Assembly (NCBI RefSeq): GCF_006345805.1 | Contig: NC_043012.1 | Location: 32,054,001-32,118,000, forward strand | Length of the DNA stretch: 64,000 nt | Direction of reading: 5' to 3' | Source: Octopus sinensis | Lineage: Eukaryota | Shown: in pieces, positions 10,621 to 22,405 of the stretch | How the letters are laid out: each line of letters begins with the position of its first letter | How positions within the stretch are numbered: position 1 is the first letter of the stretch | The notes under the pieces: generated by a model | Database searches by the model: none | What the model was told of the DNA's origin: nothing | The model's input: only the letters and a program-made list of their open reading frames with translations | Program-made: the position numbers and the translations under genes

Positions 10621-11552
10621 AAAAAAAGAGAGCAAACGCCAGGAGCTTTCGAAGTTATTCGCTTTCAGTCTCACGCAGAAGTAAAAACCACTCTTACAAT
10701 TCCTTGGATTGTGCTAAGATTATTGGAAGAATTCGTTCACATGAATAATTTTTCACCTTTACTAAACTGAATCTAACTGTATTGACTCTTTTACTGACAA
10801 GTTCCACTTTTTTTTTTATGAAAACTAGTCCTTTATTTTGGGCTAACTGTGAGATTTAAATTCTTGATTTGTTCTTTTTGCTGCTCTGGTTCGAATCTTT
10901 CCTTCGTTTATTTAGCCATAATGCCGCAATATTTAAGTGTTATACAAAATATGTTTTATGTCATTTAAAAAGGCAAAAACAATAATGCGTCCGATGTCAA
11001 TAAAATAAATATTATTCTTCGCTTTGGTCTCGTTGAATATGACAACACAACAGTGCTTAGATATAAATTTCCAGTAGCCTCCCTTTACCTATAGCAGAGT
11101 AGTTCCCCTTGAATGAGACCGAGTTTTAGGCTATTATTAAGATATTATTTCTCTACACCTTTTTACTATTCAATATTATCAGTTGAATAATAATTTTGTT
11201 TTATCACCCATTTTGCTAGTTGAGGAAACAAGTCCTTAGAAACAAAAGATGATTTTTTAACTATGGGTAACCTCATCACCAATTAGGGTTTAAAAAATCC
11301 TATATTTTTGTAATTAAATATTATAAGGAATTGTATTTTAAAAATTAAAATATTGTGTATCGTAGCAGCGTAACCAGTTTGTTGCACATAAATTTTAACA
11401 AAATTCAATATGTACAACCCCCCCCCCCATAGATCATATAGGCCCCGGTTCAGAACTACAGGTTTAAATCAATTTTTGTATGTGACTACAACTTCTTTTA
11501 TGCGGTTCAAAGACAAAACTGAAGATCACTTCAAAATCTAAAATAGAATTTA

Positions 11553-11948
11553 CTAGAAGTATCGCCCGGCGTTGCTCGGATTTGTTTCGACCCTTTAGAA
11601 TTGGAATTTTTGAATAGTAAAAATTTTGCATTATGTAGCTTCTTATTCTCTTTAAATGAACATTTTTTTCTGATTGAAATACACCGAAAAATGGTGACAC
11701 AGCAGTCAAAAAATCGTAAAAAGTAGGGATTTTCATAGAAAGAAAGCCCCTTTTTGATGTAAATAATTTTTGGTGTTAACATGGTCCAATTTGAATTTTA
11801 TCTTCTACGGAAGGAAGAGCAAGCTTTCTTCTATCATACTCTTAATTTTGGTCAACTTGCACTGCAAGGTCTCAGAGGAGATAGTGTTAGTTGAAGGCTA
11901 CCAAACCTGCCATACACAGACAACTTCAGCTTTATATATAGAGAGAGA
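11553..11948 (-). mobile_element. Non-autonomous Helitron
   Basis: Reverse-complement copy of 6894-7285 with TC start and CTAG end. Confidence 0.8.
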
Positions 11949-12059
11949 TTTGAAAAAGACATTCTACTGAATAACTGACTTGATACAGATTTCAAAATCG
12001 ATATCTGAAGAGAATGGATATTTTCAGAATATCCCATTGTTAACTCAAACTGAACTTTC

Positions 12060-12905
12060 AAAATACATTTCAGCACACTTTTGGCTGTTGTAACCATTAA
12101 GAACTGTTGATATCTTGCATATCTTCAGAAGGCCACACCATCAATGGAGAGTTCTATGCCAACCTGTTGAATCACTTACAAGGGTCTGTCAAGACAAAAC
12201 TCTCAAGAAACCTAACAAAAGGGGTCTTGTTTCATGAGGAAAATGCTCCAGAACACAAGTCCTTAGTTACAATGGTTACTGTGCATGACTGTGGCTTTGA
12301 ATTGATTAATAAACCTCCCTATTCTCCTGATCTGGTCCCATCTGACTACCATCTGTTCTCCAACGTGAAAAAACACTTGGCTGGTAACCAGTACTGGGAT
12401 TTTTTCACTCTGACCGGCAGATTTTTAAAGTAATTTCCATGTAACTAAGAAAATTTTAAACTTCGTATACTGGTAGAATGTGTTTATAAAACATCGTTTT
12501 CTCTTGGCTTTCTTGAGAAAATTCTGTAGTTACGGCAGAAATTGTTTTCACCTCAATAGACGTCATTGATTGGTTGAAATTGCCGAAATGCAAGAAATTA
12601 AACAACAAATATGTTACAAACTACAGAATTTTCTCAAGAAAGCCAAGAGAAAAAGATGTTTTATAAACACATTCTACCAGTATACAAAGTTTAAATTTTT
12701 TTAGTTACATGGAAATTATTTTTAAAATCTGACAGTCAAAGCAAAAAAATCCCTAGTACTGTAATGATGATGATATTATATCTGCTGTTAATGACTTTTA
12801 TGGCCAACGGGATAAAAGCTTCTTCTCCAATGGGATCCAAGCATTGCAACACTGATGGAGGGAAGTGTGGGCTCCACATTTGGTCACATTCCATGAGTGT
12901 CTTGG
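12060..12905 (+). pseudogene. Mariner transposase remnant interrupted by a MITE
   Basis: GVLFHEENAPEH, PPYSPDLVPSDYHLF..KKHLAGNQY, resuming after the MITE as CNDDDIISAV...NGIQAL. Confidence 0.85.
12396..12753. mobile_element. Palindromic MITE (GG(G)AT-TIR family)
   Basis: Arms inverted over about 130 bp. Flanked by CAGTACT / TAGTACT (TSD-like). Confidence 0.85.
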
Positions 12906-12931
12906 CCAGTCTATGCACTTTTCAGCAGACT

Positions 12932-12934
<3 letters not shown>

Positions 12935-12982
<48 letters not shown>
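12935..12982. repeat. (TG)n microsatellite
   Basis: Direct reading. Confidence 0.95.
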
Positions 12983-12985
<3 letters not shown>

Positions 12986-13523
12986 GAAGAGGAATTGTCA
13001 CAAATGTATGAACAATATTCTAAAGCATGTTTTAATTGAGCCATGTATAGATACTTCCTATCTTAGAATAAAAAAGCATACTCTTATTGAGAAGATAAGG
13101 ATAAGAGCTAATTCCACAATGCACTGCTTTGATGGTGATGGAAGAGACAGCTTTATTAGATTAAAACGAGTAAAGAATTTCTCGCAGTCAGCGTTTATAA
13201 GAATATGATCAGAAACTCTCAAATTGTTGTCTTGGAGAAATAAAGAATTTGAAAGTTTTTTTTTTTTTTTTTTTTAGTGCAGTTAGTGTAAAGTTGAAAG
13301 CAAAATGGATAGCAAATGCAGTAGCTTTATTTGCAGGATTGTTGTACTTACAGAATCCTATAGGCTGATGCAAGTACGAGAATTCTGAAAAGTTAGTAAA
13401 GACTTTTGACAAGAAACCAGCCTGCAGCCGATGTGACAAAAATATTCCTTGCTACATTAACAATCATCTTGGATGAACTCTGGTAGGGGAGACAACTCCA
13501 GAAATCCAGTAATAAACACATTA

Positions 13524-13570
<47 letters not shown>

Positions 13571-13745
13571 TATATGTGTGTGTGACCACGTGCGTGGCTA
13601 CACCATTCGTCCCCTTAACAGCCAATGCAACACGGAGACCATCGTATATGAGACCATGCTGGCGCATCAGAAGGTCTCTCAGAGCAAGAGTTAACAATCA
13701 TAAGTCCACTTTTAACACCCAGGAGAGGCAAAATATAGCCATGGC

Positions 13746-13905
13746 GGATCTTTTCGCTTTGACCGATAGATTTTTTTAAATAATTTCCATGTAACTAAAA
13801 AAATTTTTAACTTCGTATACTGGTAGAATGTGTTACATAAAACATCTTTTTCTCTTGGCTTTCTTGAGAAAATTCTGTAGTTTGTAAGATATTTGTACGA
13901 TATTT
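13746..13905 (+). mobile_element. GGATC-TIR MITE, left arm only
   Basis: GGATCTTTTCGCTTTGACCG..AACTTCGTATACTGGTAGAATG, shared with the 12396, 16981, 23879 and 61235 copies. Confidence 0.75.
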
Positions 13906-13914
13906 TACCAGTTA

Positions 13915-14405
13915 CGCACTAGGGTTGATGTAATCGACTTAATCCGTTTGTCTGTCCTTGTTTGTCCCTTCTGTGTTTAGCCCCTTATGGGTAGTAAAGA
14001 AATAGGTATTTCGTCTGCCGTGGAAGGCGACGAGCTGGCAGAAACGTTAGCACGCTGTGCGAAATGATTTGCGGTATTTTGTCTGCCGCTACGGTCTGAG
14101 TTCAAATTCCGCCGGTTTCAACTTTGCCTTTCATCCTTTCGGGATCGATAAATTAAGTACCAGTTACGCACTGGGTCGATGTAATCAACTTAATCCTTTT
14201 GTCTGTCCGTGTTTAGCCCCTTTTGAGTAGTAAAGAAATAGGTATTTCGTCTGTCTTTACGTTCTGAATTCAAATTCCGCCGAGGTCGACTTTGCCTTTC
14301 ATCCTTTCGGGGTCGATAATTAAGTACCAGTTACACACTGGGGTCGATGTAATCAACTTAATCCGTTTGTCCCCTCTATGTTTAGCCCCTTGTGGGTAAT
14401 AAAGA
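13915..14405 (+). mobile_element. Tandem/nested SINE family M units
   Basis: Three tails; internal junctions GTAGTAAAGAAATA|GGTATTTCGTCTG. Confidence 0.8.
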
Positions 14406-14789
14406 AACATATATCTGTTATGTCTATGCTGTACAATACATTAGGAATTCTAGAACAAATAAATCAGAACGCATACCTCTCACATCTTTCACATTTGATG
14501 TCAGTGCAGAGACATAAAATTTGTTCAGTTTATTCACAACGAATTGCTTTTGTGGCTCTTTAAAGGGATTTTCCGTATCCTTGGTAGATTAATAGATATT
14601 AAGAGTAAACATTATTAGTATGTTGTGGTATGTTGATAAAAAGAAATAAGAAAGAGACCATTATCAAACAAACTAGTGAGTCATCATATGGTATATTTAA
14701 GAAGAAACTATATTCCAGATGTACTCAAAATCCATAAATATATAGTTTGCAATTTCAAATAAGGCAGTATATTTTCAGTTGTTTAAAAT

Positions 14790-15122
14790 GTTTCTGTGTG
14801 TGTGTGTACAACCACAGATGCATGCATATATGTTTGTGTATATGTGTGTATGTGTGTGTGTGTATACATACATTTATATATGTCTGTGTATACATACATA
14901 TATCTGTGTATGTATATATACATATATATGTGTATGTGTGTGTATACATACATTTATATATGTGTGTATACATACATATATCTGTGTATGTATACATATA
15001 TATGTGTGTGTGTGTGCATATACATATATATATATACATGTGTGTATATATATATACATGTGTGTATATATACATACATATATGTGCATGTATACATACA
15101 TATATCTGTGTGTGCGTGTGTA
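14790..15122. repeat. Compound (TG/TA/CATA) microsatellite
   Basis: Direct reading; source of the spurious YI/CV ORFs. Confidence 0.95.
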
Positions 15123-15393
15123 TTTACTAGCAAACACACCCGTCCTTTGGACGGTGTAATTTATTATGCTGACACACTCCTTTGGACGTTTTAAGTTGAA
15201 TCAGCCTGCAGTTAAGTCATTTCAAGTTGATAAACGTAAAATGCCAAATTTTCAATTTCGTTAGCAGTTTATTATATGGTATTAAGCAATCTAGGTAATG
15301 AATAAAGTCTTTTGAACACAAATTTGGCAGTTAGTAATAAATGAAAGTCCATGAAATGAGGTCACAATTGCAGTAGTCATTAGGGATCCTATA

Positions 15394-15778
15394 TCTCTCT
15401 ATATATAAACGGCAGTTTGTCTGTCTGCGTGTCTGTGTGTCTGTTAGGTTGTACCCTCAACCTGAGCACGGCTTTCAACCGATTCTGATGAAACTTGACA
15501 CACACATAGCCCAATTTCATAATTCAAAACTAACGCAGCGAAAATTTTGAAAAGTTCCCCCAGTTCTGAAAAAAAATCGATAAATTCGACATGGGGTCGA
15601 GAATCAGAAACACAAACCACAGACTGTCTAGGGGACGCAACTCGACGTTTTTAACTCCCAAAAAAAATTTACCATCATTTTTTTCCCATTTTTTTGCTAT
15701 TTTTTGGCTATAACTCTCTAAAAATGCTTTATAGTTATTTCCCTTACAAACCCGAGCAACGCCGGGCGATACTGCTAG
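15394..15778 (+). mobile_element. Non-autonomous Helitron (second family)
   Basis: 5' TCTCTCTATATATAAACGGCAG; 3' CCCGAGCAACGCCGGGCGATACTGCTAG|T. Confidence 0.8.
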
Positions 15779-15860
15779 TCTTACCTAAAGCATTTTGTAG
15801 CATGTTATTTTACTCGTAATGCCTGACACAACCACATTGAAGCTTTTTCAGTGAAAGTCA

Positions 15861-16235
15861 TCTCTCTATATATAAACGGCAAAATGTCTGTCTGTGTCTG
15901 TGTGTCCCCTTTATACAAATCCACAATTTTTTAGTTAGAGGGCTCGCACTTTCTATGGTCATTCAAAACCGTCCAAGGGTGGTCATGCACATCTTTACAT
16001 TTCCCCAGTCACCCCGTAAAGCCATTAAAAAATCAGTAGAGGTGACTTTTTTGTGAATTTTCTATCCAAAACCCAATCAAATTGCCCGAAACTTGATACG
16101 TCAATTGAATGCCAGCTAGCTGTATGTGATTGGTCGGAGATTTGGACAGTACTCGTGTGTATGTGCGCACGCACGCAGCTATATATGCATGCACTAGCAC
16201 TATGACCCGGCGTTGCCAGGTCATAGTGCTAGTGC
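15861..16235 (+). mobile_element. Non-autonomous Helitron-like element with palindromic 3' end
   Basis: 5' TCTCTCTATATATAAACGGCAAAATG; ends ATGCACTAGCACTATGACC-CGGCGTTGCCA-GGTCATAGTGCTAGTGCAT. Confidence 0.6.
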
Positions 16236-16384
16236 ATGATAAAAAGCCCACCAACTGACCAATAGTTTTGATGTGCCCCTATGCAGAGCTTTCAAGTGTG
16301 CATTGGTTTAAAGTTGCATTGTCCGTTGCTCATCCATTTCTGAACAATCTTCAAAAGCTATTTGAAAAACTATTGTAAAATGTG

Positions 16385-16757
16385 CTAAACAACCACATAG
16401 TTCCGGGTTCATTCCCACTGCGTGGCATCTTGGGCAAGTGTCTTCTGCTATAGCCCTGGGCCGATCAATGCCTTGTGAGTGGATTTGGTAGACGGAAACT
16501 GAAAGAAGCCTGTCGTATATATATATATATGTATGTGTGTGTGTTTGTGTGTCTGTGTTTGTCCCCCTAGCATTGCTTGACAACCGATGCTGGTGTGTTT
16601 ACGTCCCCGTCACTTAGCAGTTCGGCAAAAGAGACTGATAGAATAAGTACTGGGCTTACAAAGAATAAGTCCCCGGGTCGATTTGCTCAACTAAAGGCGG
16701 TGCTCCAGCATGGCCGCAGTCAAATGACTGAAACAAGTAAAAGAGTAAAGAGTAAGA
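16385..16757 (+). mobile_element. SINE family O, near full length
   Basis: GGTTCATTCCC B-box-like motif, CTTGGGCAAGTGTCTTCT body, internal TA/TG microsatellite, GAGTAAA tail. Confidence 0.8.
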
Positions 16758-16764
16758 GTAAACA

Positions 16765-16970
16765 ATGTAGGAGCAGGAATATCACCTTGTTTTACATCAT
16801 TTTTACAGAAGCTGGATCTGATAAGGTACCTCCAACCTGAACTCTCACTTCCATCTCGTCATGAAATTGTCTAAGCATTCTCACGAATTTTTCAGGGTAG
16901 CCTAGCTTTTCCAGGATCTCCCAAAGTGCAACCCTATTTACAAAATCAAACGCTTTTGTCAGATCAATAA
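16765..16970 (-). pseudogene. RTE-clade reverse transcriptase fragment
   Basis: Translates (with a frameshift) IDLTKAFDFVNRVALWEILEK..PEKFVRMLRQFHDEM..VKQGDIPAPTLF. Confidence 0.75.
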
Positions 16971-16980
16971 AAACTTTTCG

Positions 16981-17397
16981 GTTCTTTTCGGTTTGACCGG
17001 CAGTTTTTTTTGATAATTTCCACGTAATTAAACACTTTTAAACTTCGTATACTGGTAAAATGTGTTTATAAAACATCTTTTTCTCTTGGCTTTATTGAGA
17101 AAATTCTATAGTTTGTAAGATATTTGTTGGTTTTTTTCTCCATTTTCTGCAATTTCAACCAATCAATGACGTCTATTGAGGTGAAAAACATTCTGTGCCG
17201 TATGAATATGTCCCTCTTTAAGAAACAGATTGGGTTTATTTACATTTCTGAAAAAAAAAATATACCCTTCCCCACGACCCCACCCCTAACCCTAAAACAG
17301 ATTGAAATGCAATAGATCGATACTAGGGTCATAATTATGGGTGACAATTTCATATGACACCGCTAGAAAAAACTGCTGTTGAAACCGAAAAGATCCC
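16981..17397. mobile_element. GGATC-TIR MITE
   Basis: TCTTTTCGGTTTGACCGGCAG ... CTGCTGTTGAAACCGAAAAGATCC; internal CCCTAACCCTAA. Near-identical to 23879-24281. Confidence 0.8.
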
Positions 17398-17703
17398 CAT
17401 ATCCTGTTTGATGCACTTCTCTTGTAACTGTCTAGCTGAAAATATATCCATAGTACTCCTATCTCTAAACCCATATTGTGATTCTTGTAGAACCTCATTA
17501 TGTCAGGTCACTCTTGAGTGCTACTGGTAACATGTAACCCAGTACTACCTGTTACATAGTTGGGTCATCAGCAACTAAACTGGCAACCTCACCAACCATC
17601 ACAATTTTAAACTTGTTGACAATATCTTTAGTAATAACATACATCATACATAATTGAAGCTGTCTGCTAGAAAAACTTTGCAATAAATATCACTAAATAG
17701 GGT

Positions 17704-18410
17704 CAGGAGTGGCTGTGTGGTAAGTAGCTTGCTTACCAACTACATGGTCCTGGGTTCAGTACCACTGCATGGCATCTTGGGCACGTGTCTTCTACTATAG
17801 CCTCGGACCGACCAAAGTCTTGTGAGTGGATTTGGTAGATGGAAACTGAAAGAAGCCCGTCATATATATGCATATATGTGTGTGTGTATGTTTGTGTGTC
17901 TGTGATAAATATCAATGGAAATAGTAGTTGTGATACCTGTGCCGGTGGCACGTAAAAAGCACCATCCAAGCATGGCCGATGCCAGCACCGCCTCGACTGG
18001 CTTCTGTGCCGGTGGCACATAAAAAGCACCCACTACACTCATGGAGTGGTTGGCGTTAGGAAGGGCATCCAGCTGTAGAAACATTGCCAGATCAGACTGG
18101 AGCCTGGTGCAGCCTCCTGGCTTCCCAGACCTCAGTTGAACCGTCCAACCCATTCTAGCATGGAAAACTTATGTTAAACAATGATGATGATGATGATCTA
18201 TGTGTGTATGTCTTTGTTCCCCAACCACCACTTGGCAACCGGTGTTGGTTTGTTTATACTCCTGCAACTTGGCAGTTTGGCAAAAGAGGCCAATAGAATA
18301 AGTACCAGGCTTAAAAAATAAGTGCTGGCATTGAATTGTTCAACTAAACCCTTTGAGGTGGTGCTCCAGCATGGCTGCAGTTCAATGCTGAAACAAGTAA
18401 AACAGGAAAG
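17704..18410 (+). mobile_element. SINE family O with an RTE-3'-type (R) repeat nested in its microsatellite (about 17895-18197)
   Basis: O head 17704-17890, R unit ending (GAT)n, O 3' half 18198-18410. Confidence 0.7.
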
Positions 18411-19480
18411 AAAAAAATAATTAAAAAAATAAAATGCAAATGTACTCTGTAGGACAATGATAGATACTAAATACTTATCATTCCTATATTTTATTCAGTA
18501 CAGTTAACTGTCATAGTGAAACAACGGACGTCTAACCATGCAATTAGTATATAAAAAATCAATTATGATGATAACATTTTTTTAACATTTATTTTCAAAT
18601 TTTCATACAGACTCATTCTCTTTCTTCTTAAATTCATTAAAAGATTTTCATTTATATAACAGTTTAATATCCGTTTCTCTCCCTATACAAACATGGATCA
18701 GTTACTCTCAAAGATTCAAATATTTGCATATATTATCGAAGAAATAACTTTTCTGACTCATCATCGAATAAATATGTTAAATAAATATCTTTCAGTCACT
18801 TCGAGTGACAATAATTAGAATGGGGGGCGTCTTGAAGAAAAAGTCAAAAATCAATGTAATAAATTGTATAAATAACAATGAAGGTAAAAAACAGCAACAA
18901 TACCAACAAAACTAACAGTAATACTTGAACAAAAACAACAAAATATCAACAACACTAACATCTGTTACCAACATCAAAAAAAAGGGAGCGTTTTTTTTTT
19001 TTTTTTGTAAATCACTGAGATTTGTAACTCCACTTAAACAAATCTTGTCAGTCTCGCATGTTTAGATATTCCAAGTTCTAAATTACAGGGCAAACACCGT
19101 GGTAGAAGTCATTTCAATAAACTTAACCATACAAGGCTTCATTGAACCTGACATACTACAGAGTTTTGCTTCCATGCAATAATATATTCATTTAGAACTG
19201 ATGGAGTGACTTGTTTGATAATTAAAATTAGATTCCAGAAGTAATATAATAGTATATAAACTGTAACAAAAAGCAGTTAAATTTCTTCAAACATTGTGAA
19301 GGGGGAAATATATATATAAAATGCTGTTAATCAATTTGCTATAGCAACCGTTTTTTTTTTGTTTTTTTTTGTAACATCAGCCAATTTCAAATTCCAACAA
19401 AATCAAATCTAAAATTTCAGAAACTGATTTTTTTCAATCAGTTTCCTATATGTAATTTGCATATGAGCCAATGTCATTCC

Positions 19481-19512
<32 letters not shown>

Positions 19513-20079
19513 CGTTTTTATTATCATTTTGCAATTTACTTAATAATTGGTATATTATTGTTATTTTAATTTTAATATTTCTATTATATGTAATTTTCTA
19601 GATGGTGTAATTTAATTGTTCATTTTGAATCATAAAAGGTGTTTTTTTTTAATTTTTATATATATATATATATTATATTTTGTGAAATTTGATTTAGTAT
19701 TTCTAAATTGAATTTTTCCCTGTAAGTTAGGAATAATATTCCCTCAAATAATTATTATATATATATATATATATGCATGTATATATATGTATGTATGTAT
19801 ATATATATAGTCTTTACCCTGTGGACTTAGTCCTCAGTAAAGTGTGGCTATAAGATGAATCCAGGTGAGCATATATGGAGATAATGATGCACACAAACAA
19901 AAATAAAACCACTTTGTTTACCTGAATCATTATCTCCATGTCTGCTCACCTGGAATCCTCTTGTAGCCACTCTTTACCCCATGGACTTAGTACTCAGTAA
20001 AGATTTCAGAGTGTAAATTCAAATCATTTGAGTAGCGCTAAGTGCTTTCTATAATGAGCATCTCTAGATCTCATCTGTT

Positions 20080-20113
<34 letters not shown>

Positions 20114-20142
20114 GAACAAAGTGTACATACGCCACTATATGT

Positions 20143-20408
20143 ATAAAAAAAATACAAAATGGGACAAGAATGCAAAACATCCAGAAGACGATACAAAAAA
20201 CACGGACAGGTCATTCGAAGCCTTTAATCTTCAGTCAAGAGATTGCTTGGTTTTTCCTTGGGGCTGGCCAGATTGGAGCAATCTCAAGATTAATCAGCCG
20301 AAATTGCGAGGAAGATCCAGTTCTTGACTGAAGATTAAAGGCTTCGAATGACCCGTCCGTGTTTTTTGTATCGTCTTCTGGATGTTTTGCATTCTTGTCC
20401 CATTTTGT

Positions 20409-20416
<8 letters not shown>
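20143..20416. repeat. Foldback repeat (about 95-bp arms), unclassified; Penelope-LTR-like by inference
   Basis: 20143-20238 is the reverse complement of 20321-20416. Related sequence at 55345-55520. Flanked by (TA)n and (CA)n. Confidence 0.6.
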
Positions 20417-20475
<59 letters not shown>

Positions 20476-20478
20476 TAA

Positions 20479-21556
20479 TTAATGAAATTCCAACTAAGTC
20501 TGATTTTCATGTTTTATTATTTGCAATTTTTACAATTTTACAGTACCGAAATAAATTAATACTTTCATGCATTATGTAGTGATGGTCATATTGCACAATT
20601 CACAACTGCAGTGAAATGGTTAGATTTATCCTTTAAATACCCTCCAATGGGCTCTTGCAGGCTGAATCTTATGAACTGTATTTCAACCAATCAGTATATG
20701 GCTTAGATGTCAAGTTTGGTGAGCACACCAACTAAGGTCTAACTGTATTTTGACCAATCAGTATATGGCTTAGACATAATGGTGACATCACTGTATGTGG
20801 CTTAGATGTCACTGTGATGTCTAAGTTATATATTGATTGGTTGACATACAGTTAGACCTTAGTTGGCAAGATCACCAAACCGTGACATCTAAACCACATA
20901 TGGATTGGTCAAAATACACTTCAACCTGCTGGAACCCATCGGAAGGTATTTAAAGGATAAATCTAACCATTTTACTACAGTTGCCAATTGTGGAACGTAA
21001 ACCTGATGATTGCACAATGCATGAAAGTATGAGTTTATTTCAATATTGTAAAATTGTAAAAATTGCAAATATGCAGTAATATATTTCTCGAAGATCCTGG
21101 AAGGAATTGTGCCAAATTTTGGCATTGAAAGCTACACCAATGACAGAATGGGACGACACTGCATAGTGCCAAAGATCCCAGCAATGCCATCATGCTTCAG
21201 GACCAGTCCTGCAACAGCCTGGGTTTCAGGGCCCCACACTTTTTAATATTCTCCCAAAGAGTCTGAGGAACTTGCACAAAGTAGATGTAGGGGTTTTTAA
21301 ATCAAAGCTGGACCTCTTCCTGTCAAGAGTCCCAGATGAGCCTACCTCACAGCAAGAGGTGCAAATGAGGGTAGCTATATCAAACTCCATTCTTCATCAA
21401 GTGCCACTTATTAGAGGAGGCTCCTAGTAATAACAGTGTAGCGCAAAACGGCGGTGCATCAGCATGGCCACAGCTCTGAGCTGAAACTTTAAAAAAAAAA
21501 AAATAATAATAAAACATGAAAATCAGACTTAGTTGGAATTTTGGAATTTCATTGAT
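20479..21556. mobile_element. Large foldback/MITE with a LINE fragment inserted in its right arm
   Basis: AATGAAATTCCAACTAAGTCTGATTTTCATG (20481) pairs with 21510-21553. GAAATGGTTAGATTTATCCTTTAAATACC pairs with GGTATTTAAAGGATAAATCTAACCATTT. Confidence 0.75.
21075..21505 (+). mobile_element. CR1/Jockey-group LINE 3' end
   Basis: KILEGIVPNFG..GRHCIVP..NSL.FRGPTLFNILPKSLRNL..FKSKLDLFLSRVPDEP, then 3' UTR and A-rich tail. Confidence 0.75.
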
Positions 21557-21989
21557 ATTCTTCGATACACGATCATACAAAACTCAGATTATATTTCCTG
21601 CAAGACAGATTGAAAGCAGGTTAAGTAATTTAAACTGCCTTTAGGAAATAAAAACTAGCAGCAGCAGGACTTGTGCTCATGAATTTGGAGTCTACAGTCC
21701 AAGACCTAACGTAATGAATTTAATATTTCTCTATGACATCATCATGATCGGGATATTGGGCTAATTATGAATTTAATTAGATCTAATATCCCCCAAGTAA
21801 ACTACTATAAGAATTTACAAGAGGTAAAAAATACAACAAAATAGTAAAACTATCGGAACAATTAGATTAAAGATGATAGTAAAAGGGTAGAGAAATAACC
21901 TTGGTTTATAATCACTTTTTAAAACAAATATATGTGCCCTTAAGGTACTTTATTGTAGTTTCTGCAACCAGACTAGCATTTGGTTGGAT

Positions 21990-22405
21990 TGGTTTCAAAT
22001 TTTGGCACAAGGCCAGCAATTTTAGGGAGGAGATAAGTGGATTTCATTGACTCCAGTGATCAACTGGTACTTATTTTATTTGACCCTGAAAAGATGAAAG
22101 GCAAAGTTGACCTCAGCAGAATTTGCACTCAGAACGTAAAGACAGACAAAATGTTGCTAAGCATTTTGCCAGGTGTGCTAATGATTCTATTTCTTTACTA
22201 CCCACAAGGGGCTAAACATAGAGGGGACAAACAAGGACAGACAAATAGATTAAGTCGATTACATCAACCCCAGTGTGTAACTGGTACTTAATTTATCGAC
22301 CCCGAAAGGATGAAATGCAAAGTCGACCTCGGTGGAATTTGACCTCAGAACGTAATGGCAGACGAAATGTTGCTAAGCATTTTGCCAGGTGTGCTAATGG
22401 TTCTG
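21990..22405 (-). mobile_element. SINE family M tandem units
   Basis: Reverse complement of the M core, twice. Confidence 0.75.

Noticed and set aside
18420-19440. Non-repetitive AT-rich block as a distal RIC-3 3' UTR or separate gene
   Set aside because: No ORF or splice evidence; cannot be decided without transcript data.
20326-20362. CTGAAGA...GAAT..GTC as a hammerhead (also 55432-55465)
   Set aside because: GAAA is missing, and there is no convincing stem II or stem I.
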